Position numbers and translations under genes: made by a program. Under the pieces are notes generated by a model. It was given only the letters and a program-made list of their open reading frames with translations, ran no database searches and was not told where the DNA came from. Shown here one piece after another: positions 28,601 through 41,401 of a stretch of DNA of 64,000 nt (within the stretch, counting starts at the first letter, position 1; every line of letters starts with the position of its first letter). The stretch is from Mizuhopecten yessoensis (lineage: Eukaryota): NCBI RefSeq assembly GCF_002113885.1, contig NW_018408627.1, positions 90,422-154,421 on the forward strand, given 5' to 3'.

Positions 28601-30499
28601 TCAGCTAAAAAAAATACATTAAAGAAATGAAATATTAATAACAATCAATTTCATGAATTGTTTTCTTTAGTCAAAAATAACATTAACGCTTGGAGATAAT
28701 TTCTTTATATTCTTTGACCTACGAAAAGACACAGAACACGAACTATCATAACAGATACCAATCAAATGTACAAGCAGACACTCTCTACAGTAAAGAACAA
28801 TGTTTATCTTGTTTACAGATATCTCCCTTGGAACAATCCGTCGTCTGTTTCAACAACCTTACGAAGAAACAAAGGCAGCTGAAATGGACTTCTGCTCGTT
28901 GAAATTCTGCATAATCTGTCTCCAGGGGAGGTAAATAACAAGAATTGTTCAATGTTTGGACAAGTTGAAGTGGAAGGCACTAGAAATACGCATGCTTCTT
29001 CATCATTTGAAGATGTGAGTGCAAGCGATATTGACGACTATCTATCTAACCCGCAAAAGCACAATACACACTGATAAATCGAGAAAAGTCAGTATTACTG
29101 AGTCAGGAAAAATACGTTTAACCAAAGTGTTTCACCGCAAGTGAGCTTAACGCTAAAATGTCTGCAAACGTACTGTAAGTAAGGATTACCGAGTACAAAG
29201 TGCCACCAACCCTGAGAGTACATTAGAGTAACAATGACGCATACCTCAAAGTAAACAACTTTAATACACATACAATGTCTGATAGCAAATAGCAAAATTC
29301 AGTAATTAAAATAATTGTTTTATAAACAAATATAGATAACTGTGAATGGGAAGGAGAAATATTTTCGGACCGCTGATAAATCAGGATTTGGAACATGTGA
29401 ACGTCACACACACGCTTAGCTTCCATTCACATCCACTCCTTTATCGTACGAAGATAACTATGTTTCACATTTGTAAATAGTATCAGAATCTGAGCCATGC
29501 TTGTGGTTTTTATTTTCTAAAACTGAACGCCAGTCTTTACACAGCATAGGTACAATGAATTTGAAATTGAGAAAACAAATAATACATTACAGCTCAACAA
29601 TAAAAATACATTAAAATAACTGAATAGAATATGTTTTTCTTACAGCGTAAACAATATGAATATACAACGAACCATAAGATTTAACATAGAAAGACAATTT
29701 ACAACGGCGTCACAAATAAAAAAAGCGTTAAAAATAAGAAAAGAATAAAAAAAATATTTCACATAGAAAAGGAAACATACAAAAAGAATCAAATATAAAA
29801 TTACCGGAATAAGTAAAATAGAAAGCGGGTAATTCAACACTACTATGCTCGTTACCTCGTGAAAGGGTAAACGTATGCTACTTGTCGACTAGGAACAGGA
29901 AAGCTAACGATTGTGAAAGTAAAGTGAGGTTTGTCATGGAGTTTGAAAGTGTAATGTTTATGCCGTGTATTTAAGACTGAAATAAAAATGTAGATGTGGT
30001 ATATGATTTATTCTTTTAGATTTGCTTAGAGGTATTAGGAAAATAGAAAGGCTCAATAAGAGATATACACTTAAATTTAAATTAATGTAGAAATCTGGCA
30101 AGATAAGTGACCTTCACAAATCTACTCTTAGACAACTCCATATTGCTAAATGAAGAATAAAAAGAATGACACTTATCTTATATAGACAACGTGGAATGAT
30201 GTTAATATGAAATATCAATGTGCTGCAAGCGTATCTGTCACTGGCTTTAGGCAGTATTAATGATGACAAAGCAAAGCCAAATCACGCATGATTTTCTCCT
30301 TACGTTGTTTTGAACATGACGAATGTATCACGGTGGCAGTTAAATATACAGAATATATAGTACGGGCGTTTTCTGTAAGTCAAGTTTATTGTGATGTAAG
30401 ATAATTGTTATCGAACTCCAATCACGTTTTATTTTAATGTCAACATAATAATCCGGAGATTCTTTGTTTAATGATAAGTATGTTGTATTCTTCTCACTC

Positions 30500-30965
30500 C
30501 GTCATGTTTAACATATCTAAAACATACGTCAGACAAAACGTCTTTGCAATAGGAGACCTTTGCAATAATGTCCTCTCAAAATATCGACAAAACAAACATT
30601 TAAATCCGTATAACATTTTACGTGTACATTGTTATTTTTCGTATGTTATCAGGACTTCAGCGATTACTTGCATCTTCACTCGTAGGGATACATGTGTCGT
30701 GGTCCTTTTCTTAAATATGCAATGCACACGGTGCCTCTGTGAATAAAATTCCTTTTGTTTCAAGCGTAGCTTAAATACCCTTGTAGTCTTGCGCACTTGA
30801 AATATCCTAGAATATTATAGTAGAATTTATGTTTCGAGAGTCGATTTATCCTTTGATATCATTTGTTGAATATAGGTTGTTTGAAGTATATTTTTGCTAA
30901 GTATCGCAGGTGCATTCAATCATCCCTAGGTGTAACGGCTGCAAATCAGACTGCATCGTCTAGTT
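30500..30965 (+). mobile_element. Decayed Naiad-type RT core leading into the 24-bp array
   Basis: NVFAIGD..KYRQ, RLLA..LHS (cf. PLLADLFLHSYE), IYP, RLQIRLH (cf. RLxTRLY) in order. Confidence 0.45.
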
Positions 30966-33900
30966 AGTCAATAACATTTCAAAACAGTGAGTCTGTAACT
31001 TGTCAAAACAGTGAATCTGTAACTTGCCAAATCATTGAGTCCGTACGTGTTACATGTTTGAACAGTGAGTCCATAACATGTCTGAACAGTGAGTCCTTAA
31101 CATGTCTGAACAGTGAGCCTATAACATGTCTGAACAGTGAGTCCGTACTTGTAACATGTCTGAACAGGTTACATGTCTGAACAGCGAGTCCATACCATGT
31201 TTGAACAGTAATCAATAACATGTCTGAACAGGTTACATGTCTGAACAGCGAGTCCATAACACGTTTGAACAGTAATCCATAACATGTCTGAATAGTTAGT
31301 CCGTACTTGTAACATGCCTGAACAGTGAGTCCATACGTGTTACATGTCTGATCAGTGAGTCCATAAGATGTCTGAACAGTGAGTTTATTACATGTCTGAA
31401 CAGTAAGACAATAACATGTCCGAACAGTGAGTCTATAACGTGTCTGAACAGTGAGTCTTTATTATATCTGAACTGTGAGTCTATAACATGTCTAAATATT
31501 GAGTCCGTACTTGAAACATGTCTGAACAGTGATTCTATAACATGTCTGAACATTGATTCCATAACATGTCTGAATAGTGAGTCCATAACATGGCTGAACA
31601 GGGAGTCTATGACATGGCTGAACAGTGAGTCTATAACATATATGAACTGTGAGTCAATAACATGTCTAAACAGTGAGGCCATAACAAATCTGAACTGTGA
31701 GTCAATGACATGTCTGAACATTGATTCCATAACATGTCTGAACACTGAGTCCATAACATGTCTAAACAGTGAGGCCATAACAAATCTGAACTGTGAGTCA
31801 ATGACATGTCTGAACATTGAGTCCAGAACATGTCTGAACAGTGGGTCCATAACATGTCTGAACCGTGAGTCTATAACATGTCTAAATATTGAGTCCGTAC
31901 TTGAAACATGTCTGAACAGTGGGTCCATAACATGTCTGATTAGTGAGTCCGTACTTGTGACATGTCTGAACAGTGAGCGTATAACATGTCTGAACATTGA
32001 TTCCATAACATGCCTGAACAGTGAGTCCATATCATGTCTGAACAGTGAGTTTATTACATGTCTGAACAGTAAGACAATAACATGTCCGAACAGTGAGTCT
32101 ATAATATGTCTGAACGGTGAGTTCATAACATGTCTGAACATTGAGTCCATAACATGTCTGCATAGTGAGTCCATAACAAATCTGAACTGTGAGTCAATAG
32201 CATGTCTGAACATTGATTCCATAAATTGTCTGAACAGTGAGTCTTTATTATATCTGAACTGTGAGTCATTATTATTTCTGAAAATTGATTCCATAACATG
32301 TCTGAATAGTTAGTCCGTACTTGTAACATGTCTGATCAGTGAGTCCGTACTTGTACCATGTCTGAACAGTGAGCCCATAACATGTCTGAATAGTTAGTCC
32401 GTACTTGTAACATATCTGAACAGTGAGTCAATAACATGTCTGAACATTGAGTCCAGAACATGTCTGAACAGTGGGTCCATAACATGTCTGATTAGTGAGT
32501 CCGTACTTGTAACATGCCTGAACAGTGAGTCCATACCATGTCTGAACAGTGAGTCAATAACATGTCTGAACAGCGAGTCCATAACATGTTTGAACAGTAA
32601 TCCATAACATGTCTGAACAGTGAGTCGATAACATGTATGAACAATGAGTCTATAACATGTCTGAACAGTGAGTCCATAACATGTCTGAACAGTGAGTCTA
32701 TAACATGGCTGAACTGTGAAATAATAACATGTCTAAACAGTGAGTCCATAACAAATCTGAACTGTGAGTCAATAACATGTCTGAACATTGATTCCATAAA
32801 TTGTCTGAACAGTGAGTCTATAACATGGCTGAACAGTGAGTCTATGACATGGCTGAACAGTGAGTCCAAAACATGTATGAACAGTGAGTCCGTACTTGTT
32901 ACATGTCTGAACAGTGAGTCCATAACATGTCTGAACAGTGAGTCCATAACAGGTCTGAACAGTGAGTCTTTATTATATCTGAANCATAACATATCTGAAC
33001 TGTGAGTCAATAACATTTCTGAACATTGAATCCATAACATCTCTGAACAGTGAGTCTATAACATGTCTAAACAGTGAGTCCATAACATGACTGAACAGTG
33101 AGTCTATAACATGTCTGAACAGTGAGTCCGTACGTGTTACATGTCTGAACAGCGAGTCCATAACATGTTTGAACAGTAATCCATAACATGTCTGAACAGT
33201 GAGTCAATAACATGTCTGAACAGTGAGTCCATAACATGTCTTAACAGTGAGTCCATAACATGTCTAAACAGTGAGTCCATACTTGTTACATGTCTGAACA
33301 GTGAGTCCATAACATGTCTGAACAGTGAGTCCATAGCATGTCTGAACAGTGAGTCCATAACATGTCTTAACAGTGAGTCCATAACATGTCTAAACAGTGA
33401 GTCCATACTTGTTACATGTCTGAACAGTGAGTCCATAACATGTCTGAACAGTGAGTCCATAGCATGTCTGAACAGTGAGTCCATAACATGTCTTAACAGT
33501 GAGTCCATAACATGTCTAAACAGTGAGTCCATACTTGTTACATGTCTGAACAGTGAGTCCATAACATGTCTGAACAGTGAGTCCATAGCATGTCTGAACA
33601 GTGAGTCCATAACATGTCTTAACAGTGAGTCCATAACATGTCTAAACAGTGAGTCCATACTTGTTACATGTCTGAACAGTGAGTCCATAACATGTCTGAA
33701 CAGTGAGTCCATAGCATGTCTGAACAGTGAGTCCATAACATGTCTTAACAGTGAGTCCATAACATGTCTAAACAGTGAGTCCATACTTGTTACATGTCTG
33801 AACAGTGAGTCCATAACATGTCTGAACAGTGAGTCCATAGCATGTCTGAACAGTGAGTCCATAACATGTCTAAACAGTGAGTCCATAACATGTCTAAACA

Positions 33901-34491
33901 GTGAGTCCATACTTGTTACATGTCTGAAGAGTGAGTCCATAACATTTCTGAACAGTGAGTCCATAGCATGTCTGAACAGTGAGTCCATAACATGTCTTAA
34001 CAGTGAGTCCATAACATGTCTAAACAGTGAGTCCATACTTGTTACATGTCTGAACAGTGAGTCCATAACATGTCTGAACACTGAGTCCATAGCATGTCTG
34101 AACAGTGAGTCCATAACATGTCTAAACAGTGAGTCCATAGCATGTCTGAACAGTGAGTCCATAACATGTCTGAACAGTGAGTCTATTACATGTCTGAACA
34201 GTGAGTCCGTACTTGTTACATGTCTGAACAGTGAGTCCATAACATGTGTGAACACTGAGTCCATAGCATGTCTGAACAGTGAGTCCATAACACGTCTGAA
34301 CAGTGAGTCCGGACGTGTTACATGTCTGAACAGTGAGTCCATAACATGTCTGAACAGTTCGGACGTGTTACATGTCTGAAGAGTGAGTCCATAACATTTC
34401 TGAACAGTGAGTCCATAACATGTCTGAACAGTGACTCCATAACATGTCTGAACAGTGAGCCCATAACATGTCATAACATTGAGTCCATAAC
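30966..34491. repeat. Minisatellite, 24-bp unit (ATAACATGTCTGAACAGTGAGTCC) with a 30-bp variant; ~140 units; contains a 126-bp higher-order repeat
   Basis: Direct repetition; diagnostic TCTTAA variant at 33239, 33365, 33491, 33617, 33743 and 33995. Confidence 0.98.
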
Positions 34492-35039
34492 GTCGAATAG
34501 GCGAGTCGATATATCAGACATTGTAGTATATCGGACATATGTCGATATCCTGACACGTGTCAATAACTCAGTTACGTTTTGTATAAGTCCGCATTACCCA
34601 AGCTTTACTCGAACGACACCCAAGAGAATACTTTTAACACTTCAGGTACTGGAGTTTACGACTAACACGTGACCACCCACCCCCTCATTTAGTTTATATG
34701 TCTATATTTGTTTTGTCTCTCAATAATTGACGAGTCTTTACAGTGCTAATTACGTCAATTACCATATATTTCTTTCATGCAGTGCCTAATTGAGTTTGGG
34801 TTATTTACACACAACCTGTTTCACATGTACTATGCTAGTTCATAACTTCTTCCGAGGTCGATTGTGAATGACTTCACCCTTTCAGATGCTATGATGTAGA
34901 CGGGAACGAATCAGATTATTTCCACTATGTTTTGAAAGCATATTTCCTAGTAAATAGTATATTTGTTCTTTGCCGTGCTGCAACGACACGGACATTTTCC
35001 CACCCTGAGTAACGTCTTCAAATAACTATATCTGGGTTG

Positions 35040-35450
35040 ACTTTTACCTATCAACAGAAAACGGGTAGTCGACATAGTCCCACGTATTGTACACCTTAGT
35101 AGTAAACCGCTCCTGCTTGTCTTGTTGTAAGAAAACATTGTGGAAAGCGGCTTCAGTAGAAGAGTCCATAGTGTCTTTGTTTATATACGATCGATGTGTT
35201 CAATGGATTTCTTATTATTAAAAGACAGCAGGCCATCGATATATCTGAATGTGAAACTGAAGGACTCGGCTAGGTCTTTTTTACTAGTCCTGATAAGCTC
35301 ATCAGTAAATTCAGCTTCTAATGAAAACAAAAACAAATCGGCCAGAAGAGAGGCCAAGTTTGTACCCATAGGAATGCTTACAGTCTTCTGGAAAATCTTG
35401 CCACTGAAGTCAACAGAGATATTGTCAACCAGGATCTCCATCATTCTCAC
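35040..35450 (-). pseudogene. Penelope-like (Naiad-type) reverse transcriptase pseudogene fragment
   Basis: LVDNISVDFSGKIFQKTVSIPMGTNLASLLADLFLFSLEAEF...FTFRYIDGLLSFNN, then after a frameshift KDTMDSSTEAAF...QERFTTKVYN; matches the PLE motifs GIPMGTNCAPLLADLFL and FRYIDD. Confidence 0.88.
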
Positions 35451-37463
35451 TCAATTTGTAATACACTGTAATACCCATATTTTAAACTAAAACAAATACA
35501 CAAATAAAAATAGATTGAAAAAGAAAAACTATCTTGGGACAAACAGCGTCCGACTGCGAACGAGATCCACACCATAAGTTTGTACATGTATCGTCTTAAA
35601 CAATATCCAAAATGACGTTTGACTATGTACTTATTTCGCTTATCAAAGTCCACCTCTTGTGCTTTTGAACGATTTGATCAGTTTCCCTCGAGAATTTCGT
35701 TTTATTTCATCGAGATATCAAGGACTTCAAATTGCTCCTGGGACAGGGAAAGGTATGGAAATATACATTTCAAGTTGGGCATCTCTATTGTTTTAATAAA
35801 AACAGTGCTAATGGTGTAGTAAACTTTGCTACATGTATGTGTAAAAAAAAACATTGATGTCAGCATTTCGCTATTTATCTTTTATATAGTTAAGTTATCT
35901 TTTTCTTTACGTATGGCATAAAACGTATATTGCCCAAACTATCCTCTCTAGCGTTCACAATGATGCTCTCTTCTAAGGTATAAATCACATTCAAATATTG
36001 TTTTGATCTAGTTTAAGATTTAAGACATTCTGAAACGTTTTAAAAGCAAATATGCATCTGAATATAAATAAATGACTATATGCTTATTGTTTCAAGAACT
36101 CTTTTTATGGTTTAAATAAAGACTTATTCGGCAATACAATGCTCAACGTCCACCCTTTCAATATTAGATTTATCACCAAAAGTGTCTTTGAAATTTGGCA
36201 AAAACAGAAGCACATTGACTCAGTACACCCCGACCACCCCACCCTATCCCAATTTAAGGGGCTGTTTCAGGAAGAAAAATACATCTTCATTCAAATGAAC
36301 AGTAAGAAAAGTTTAATAGCAGCTATTTATATATCTATCGTTAAATATGAAACAAAAACAAACAAACAAATGAGAAGAAAAAAAGAGATTTAGGAAGAAA
36401 ATAAAAAAAAAAGGCGTTGTGGCTTACCTAAATAAGTCTTCTGAGATGAAAGAGTAAGTTAAAGAAATTTCACTTCCATAATTAGGAAGAAATTACTTTT
36501 TTTATAATACAAACTTTCATAGTTTCATAGATTTTTTTTGCATAAGGCCTAAGAAAAATAAATTCGTTTCACATTTAAGGTTGACCTATCATAGAACAAA
36601 TTTTAACCCTTTATAGGTTTACATCCTTAGGAGTAAGCATTGCTAGCATTGTAGCATACTTTATACATTTAACTGTAGTTTCTCGGTGTGAAGTTTTGTC
36701 GAAGGTAACGTTAGATAAATATCTTATGTGCTAATGATTTTATACACTGAGCTGCATTAGCCGTTGTATTATGATAATACATGTTATATTTACGAGAGAA
36801 ATGTAGAGAATTATCGGTGTTTTAACACGGATATGTTCGCTACATTGACCATATACATCGGTAACTGATCAGTGAGAACAGAGAAATTATATGTATATAC
36901 ATAAAGCCAAAGGTTTCAGACAGCAGCAGTAAACAAAATAACTGATTTCGTCAATCCGAACATAAAAGGGGTCGAGAGTTGCCATTAAATAATGACGGTA
37001 TGCCATATGGTTACAACGCTACTTTATCCCAAAAAACAAGGCAAAAACTGTAAACAAAAAGAATTAAATAAATGAAATAATGTCAATTTGAATTTTATGT
37101 TTATTTTGTTTGTATTTGAATGTTTTCATTCGTGCTCGAACGGCTGCTATATATTTGCATTATCAGCAGAGATTTTATCATCTATAAGATATTTATTCCA
37201 CCTACCAGTATCATGGTAAATACATTATGGATGACGTCTGGAAATACATTAGAAGAAGTTAACAACGGTTCTGTAATTGGTTTACCCATTTGGGAATGCT
37301 TTCTCAAATTTAACTATCAGCACGAACTAGGTGACGTCAATATGTTGAGTGTTCGTATATCATTAATAAGCAGTTGATCAAAGTGCCTCTTTGGATGTGT
37401 TCATCTTGAAATTTCGCAACGCTCGACCGGGAATACGATCTCGAGGCCATTTGATGTGATCTC

Positions 37464-37611
37464 NNNNNNNNNNNNNNNNNNNNNNNNNNNNNNNNNNNNN
37501 NNNNNNNNNNNNNNNNNNNNNNNNNNNNNNNNNNNNNNNNNNNNNNNNNNNNNNNNNNNNNNNNNNNNNNNNNNNNNNNNNNNNNNNNNNNNNNNNNNNN
37601 NNNNNNNNNNN
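37464..37611. other. Assembly gap (148 N)
   Basis: Run of N. Confidence 1.
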
Positions 37612-37859
37612 ATTACACTACGTCATACAGCTTTTATCCAGCGGATTGCGACAAGAAAAAAGAATGTGATAATCTATTAATCCCACTGGGATTTTATTAT
37701 AACAGTTATATCGCTGTCAGGTCGCATGATTTAAGCAAGCGCATCCAATCTGTTTGTGAACGGAACAGCAATCGAAATTAAACGCGATACAAAGTAGGGT
37801 AAAATATGAACAAATGAGCACATTTACATGGTGATCTTTGACAAGTACAATGATGATAA

Positions 37860-38345
37860 GCCAAGGTGTTCGGGGAAGTTATTCAAGCTCTCCAACGACA
37901 GCCGCCGTGTAAATCCAGTAAATCCCAAATAATGTCAAATCAACACAACGATTACATGGACAGTGAAAATGAAACCATCAGCCACATTGTTCAACACAAA
38001 GATATGCATATACACAAGGAAATAAAATATTTCACATTTATATTAATCTATATGAACCTGCACCTCTCAAAACGAAGTGTTCTAAGTTTTTCCGCCAGCT
38101 TTCACCATCGATAACGGAATTACTTATATTCGAAGCAAGTCGTAAGATATCGAATCAATTGCGACAGATCAACGACAAAGTTGGGGGAATTGGGGATTTT
38201 ATTATAAAGAAATGGAAAGTTCACTTTCGGTAAATCGAAATCGCCCCTCTTATAATAAAACTTAAAACTTTGTAATAAACCGTTAGCGAAGATCTGATGA
38301 TCATACTGTAAGAAGAAAAAAACGTCACAACGTACGGATACCATA
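37860..38345 (-). pseudogene. Penelope-like (Naiad-type) RT C-terminal fragment plus 3' end
   Basis: NGLLQSFKFYYKRGDFDLPKVNFPFLYNKIPNSPNFVVDLSQLIRYLTTC matches KLYDKRDDFNFPIVNFPFLxSNIPxSPAYGVYISQLIRYARAC. Confidence 0.88.
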
Positions 38346-39429
38346 TGCAAAATGTCTTATCATACTGCATCCATTAATAAAATCGCTGAGCTTAATATCA
38401 TCGTCAGCAGTCGATAATCACCTTTTCTACATTTTAATTTCTTATTAAAAAAAGACCTCCACCCGAAAATAATTATTTTTTTCAAATTGATTTAATGACG
38501 CACTCTAAATTTGCATTTTACCTCAAATATGTGTAGTTCTAATCAAAACATTAAAAACACCGTTTTAATCATGGAAAACTCTCCTATGTTAGGTTGGTGA
38601 AAACAATAAAGTTGAACAATGATGTTGGCGTCGTTATCTGTGAGGTAGCACACCAAATGTTCATGACGTTGTCAAGCACAGTGCTTGGTGGCGTCAGATT
38701 CAGCTAATGTTATGAACACTGTATTAATATTAGTATGCACTTTATTGCTGTATTCAACTGTTGTGCTTAACCATGGCTTATTTTCATTGTAGATTTTAAG
38801 CATTAGACAAAGAAGGGAATAATTATATAACACTCGTGTGATAACCTATAGTTTCTGTAAAATACATGCGCTATTTAACAGACAACACATCCTTTCTCCT
38901 TTAAACTACGCCTGTTTCTGAGTATCAATAAGCAGCTTGTCAGATCAAGCTTGCGCCCTAGCTTGATCCTAGTATTTATTACATTATAAATGTTATAAAC
39001 TCTACTCTGTGATCGTGATTCCTTGATGGTACGTATGTACGCAACCCTCTGGTATTTCATAACACACCCCAATGATACGTGTAACGATTTCCAGTAATTC
39101 AGAGGAAATAATGCATTTTGCAATACCTATAAATCAACATTGTTATAGATTTACTATAATATGAACGAAAACATGAAACGTCGATTAAACTGGGGATGTT
39201 TTTATTAATCTGTATTTGTGACGTCATTTGGTCCACACGCCCAAAGCTGTCCAAAGTGTACGCCCGTATAAGGTCATGTGTCATGTGGGTAAGACGATGA
39301 ACTGTTGATAGGTGGTATGCTTGTTTATTGTGAAGAACTGATTCAGATTGTGATTCGGCTGAAATGTTTCTGATTCCTTAACGAGGTTTTCATAATTTTT
39401 GTAATGGATGCAAGGGTCATATTCATTAG

Positions 39430-39895
39430 CTCTGACAGCAATAGAACCTTGATACCCTAACTGCCATTACATCAGTCTTCCTAGCTGTGATTGCGCTACT
39501 TTTTCTTTGTTGCGCAATCTCCTTGCTGACAGGGACACCACTGTTTTCGTTCCCCAAAATTCCTAAAATAATATTTCTTTTGTCTACTTTCTCCACCAAT
39601 AGTTGACCATGACAATGCTATGTTGGTCTTTGTAATCATGACAAAATTACTTTGGTCCCCGTAACCGTGACAACATTACTTTCGTCCCCGTAACCGTGAT
39701 ACAATACATCGGGTCTTGCAGCCGTAACGACATTATATTGGCTCCCGTAGCTTTGACAAAACTACCTTGGTTTCTGTAGCTATAACAACAATACATTTGT
39801 CCTCCTAACTGTGACAAGACTCCATTTAGTGTTCCTAGCTGTGATAGCAATACCTTGGTACCCCCCAATAAGACAACAATAGCTAGCTGTGACAA
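39430..39895 (+). repeat. Old degenerate minisatellite, ~30-bp unit (TTGGTCCCCGTAACCGTGACAACATTAC-like)
   Basis: Recurrent TAGCTGTGACAA/TAACCGTGACAA cores at roughly 30-bp spacing. Confidence 0.75.
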
Positions 39896-39901
39896 GCTCA
39901 C

Positions 39902-40215
39902 ATTGGTGCTGGCCGCTGTTTGGTGTGTGGTGGCTGGAAGCTTGTCCCCAGAGATTGCCCATACTTAACCGTGACGCTACTATTGGTGGATTCATATATA
40001 ATTCATTGGAAATTGTGTAGGCGAAGTTCTCCACTCGGTGCGGCTGCTAGCTCCACACGCCGCGCTGTATCCTGGTCTGTATATAGTTTGAGCTTTGGAT
40101 CACGACTTTCCTTACGAACGGACAAGGACGGAACTCGCACAAACTTTTTAAACTGGACTACATTTGTACATCCCTAACTCCTTTGGACGAATCTTCACCC
40201 GGAAAAAAACAAAAT
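39902..40215 (-). other. Candidate 314-bp exon carrying a possible start (MNPPIVASRLSMGNLWGQ...)
   Basis: Acceptor CTTCTCCTTTTCCGTATCCAG| at 40216/40215 and donor T|GTGAGC at 39902/39901; GC-richer than its flanks. Confidence 0.3.
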
Positions 40216-41257
40216 CTGGATACGGAAAAGGAGAAGATATTAATTTTCCTAACCTCTCTTTTCAAGTGGAATTTATTATAAAAGGAAAGTACACACCACC
40301 AAACAGTATAAGGTAGGTCGCGTAGTAATAAGTTACTACATCTGTTTTGTTCTAAATTACGCAAGTGTTAATGAAATAATTGATATACGATTTGGAGTTA
40401 AAATTGTTCATTTTTTAAAACGTCTTTGGATAGTTTTCAGTTCAAACATAGTGTTTAAGAAAGGAGCCGTGGAATATATTTTTGCGCCTTCTTAGCATTT
40501 GACAATGTGTTGTTTGAATAAAAAATCGGTGTAAAATCCTGTAATTTGTAAACCACCCTGTCGACATTGTACTTATAAAACATGTTTTCATTGTAATAAA
40601 ATTAGGTATTATAAATTGATGTTGTCCAAAGACAGCAATAAACGATGCAATTCATGAAAACAAACTTTTTCGGATAACCGACAGCAGCTTGTGTCTTTAG
40701 CTCATTTACTGCTTTTCTCAACTTTCCGCCATGTTGACGATGTCAATTGTATCGTTTGAAATAGTATATTTACCATAACTTGACTTCTATGAAAAGGGTG
40801 AATGTTGTACAGCGGTGTATATATTCCTCGTGCATATTAATGGTAAAACATGTTGCTATAAAAAACAGGTCTAAAGAAAATGTAGCAAAGTATATTTGCT
40901 GCAGTTTGTTTGATATGATAAGTAATTTATGTTCAGTTATGGATATATTTGTTGATGTCGGAGATAACAGTTTGAATGTGTCTTTGCTATGTTAGGATTA
41001 ATGCTGGATGTTTAATGTTATAGAAATCTTCCTTATAACCAAGTAGACAATTTTTGTTATCAATTTTGGTATATCGAAATGTTACAAAATTGGTAAATCT
41101 CTAAAAATGTTGATACCTATAAATTGGTGGTGGTGAGTATTTTGTTAAGAGAATTGCCGACGTTACAGTGCTCGCAGAAGGCGGGGCCTGTCCCCGACAC
41201 TGATCTCACGTAATGTACACAGATAATAAGACGTCAATTTTCTATTTCTTGTGTCAG

Positions 41258-41401
41258 ACAAATTATACGTTGACCGTGCATTCTCGCCCTTTTATGGTAT
41301 CGAACTAATGGTCAGTATTTGTGCTTCGTCTGGTCAGCCAAGCTCTGCGCTGAACGCCTCTTTTCACCTTTGTATAGCACAAGTTGTTGGGATTTCAATA
41401 C
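41258..41401 (+). other. Candidate 144-bp internal exon
   Basis: Acceptor TTTTCTATTTCTTGTGTCAG| and donor C|GTGAGT; open in phase 1-1; product not recognised. Confidence 0.2.

Noticed and set aside
31296-34474. Long ORFs (332, 234, 445 aa; MDSLFRHV / ITCLNSES repeats) as genes
   Set aside because: They arise from a 24/30-bp unit lacking stops in some frames, are open on both strands, and have no unique domains or splice context.
36428-36440. 13-nt minus-strand microexon with good splice signals
   Set aside because: Lies among MITE-like debris and would introduce an immediate stop in the candidate transcript; probably chance.
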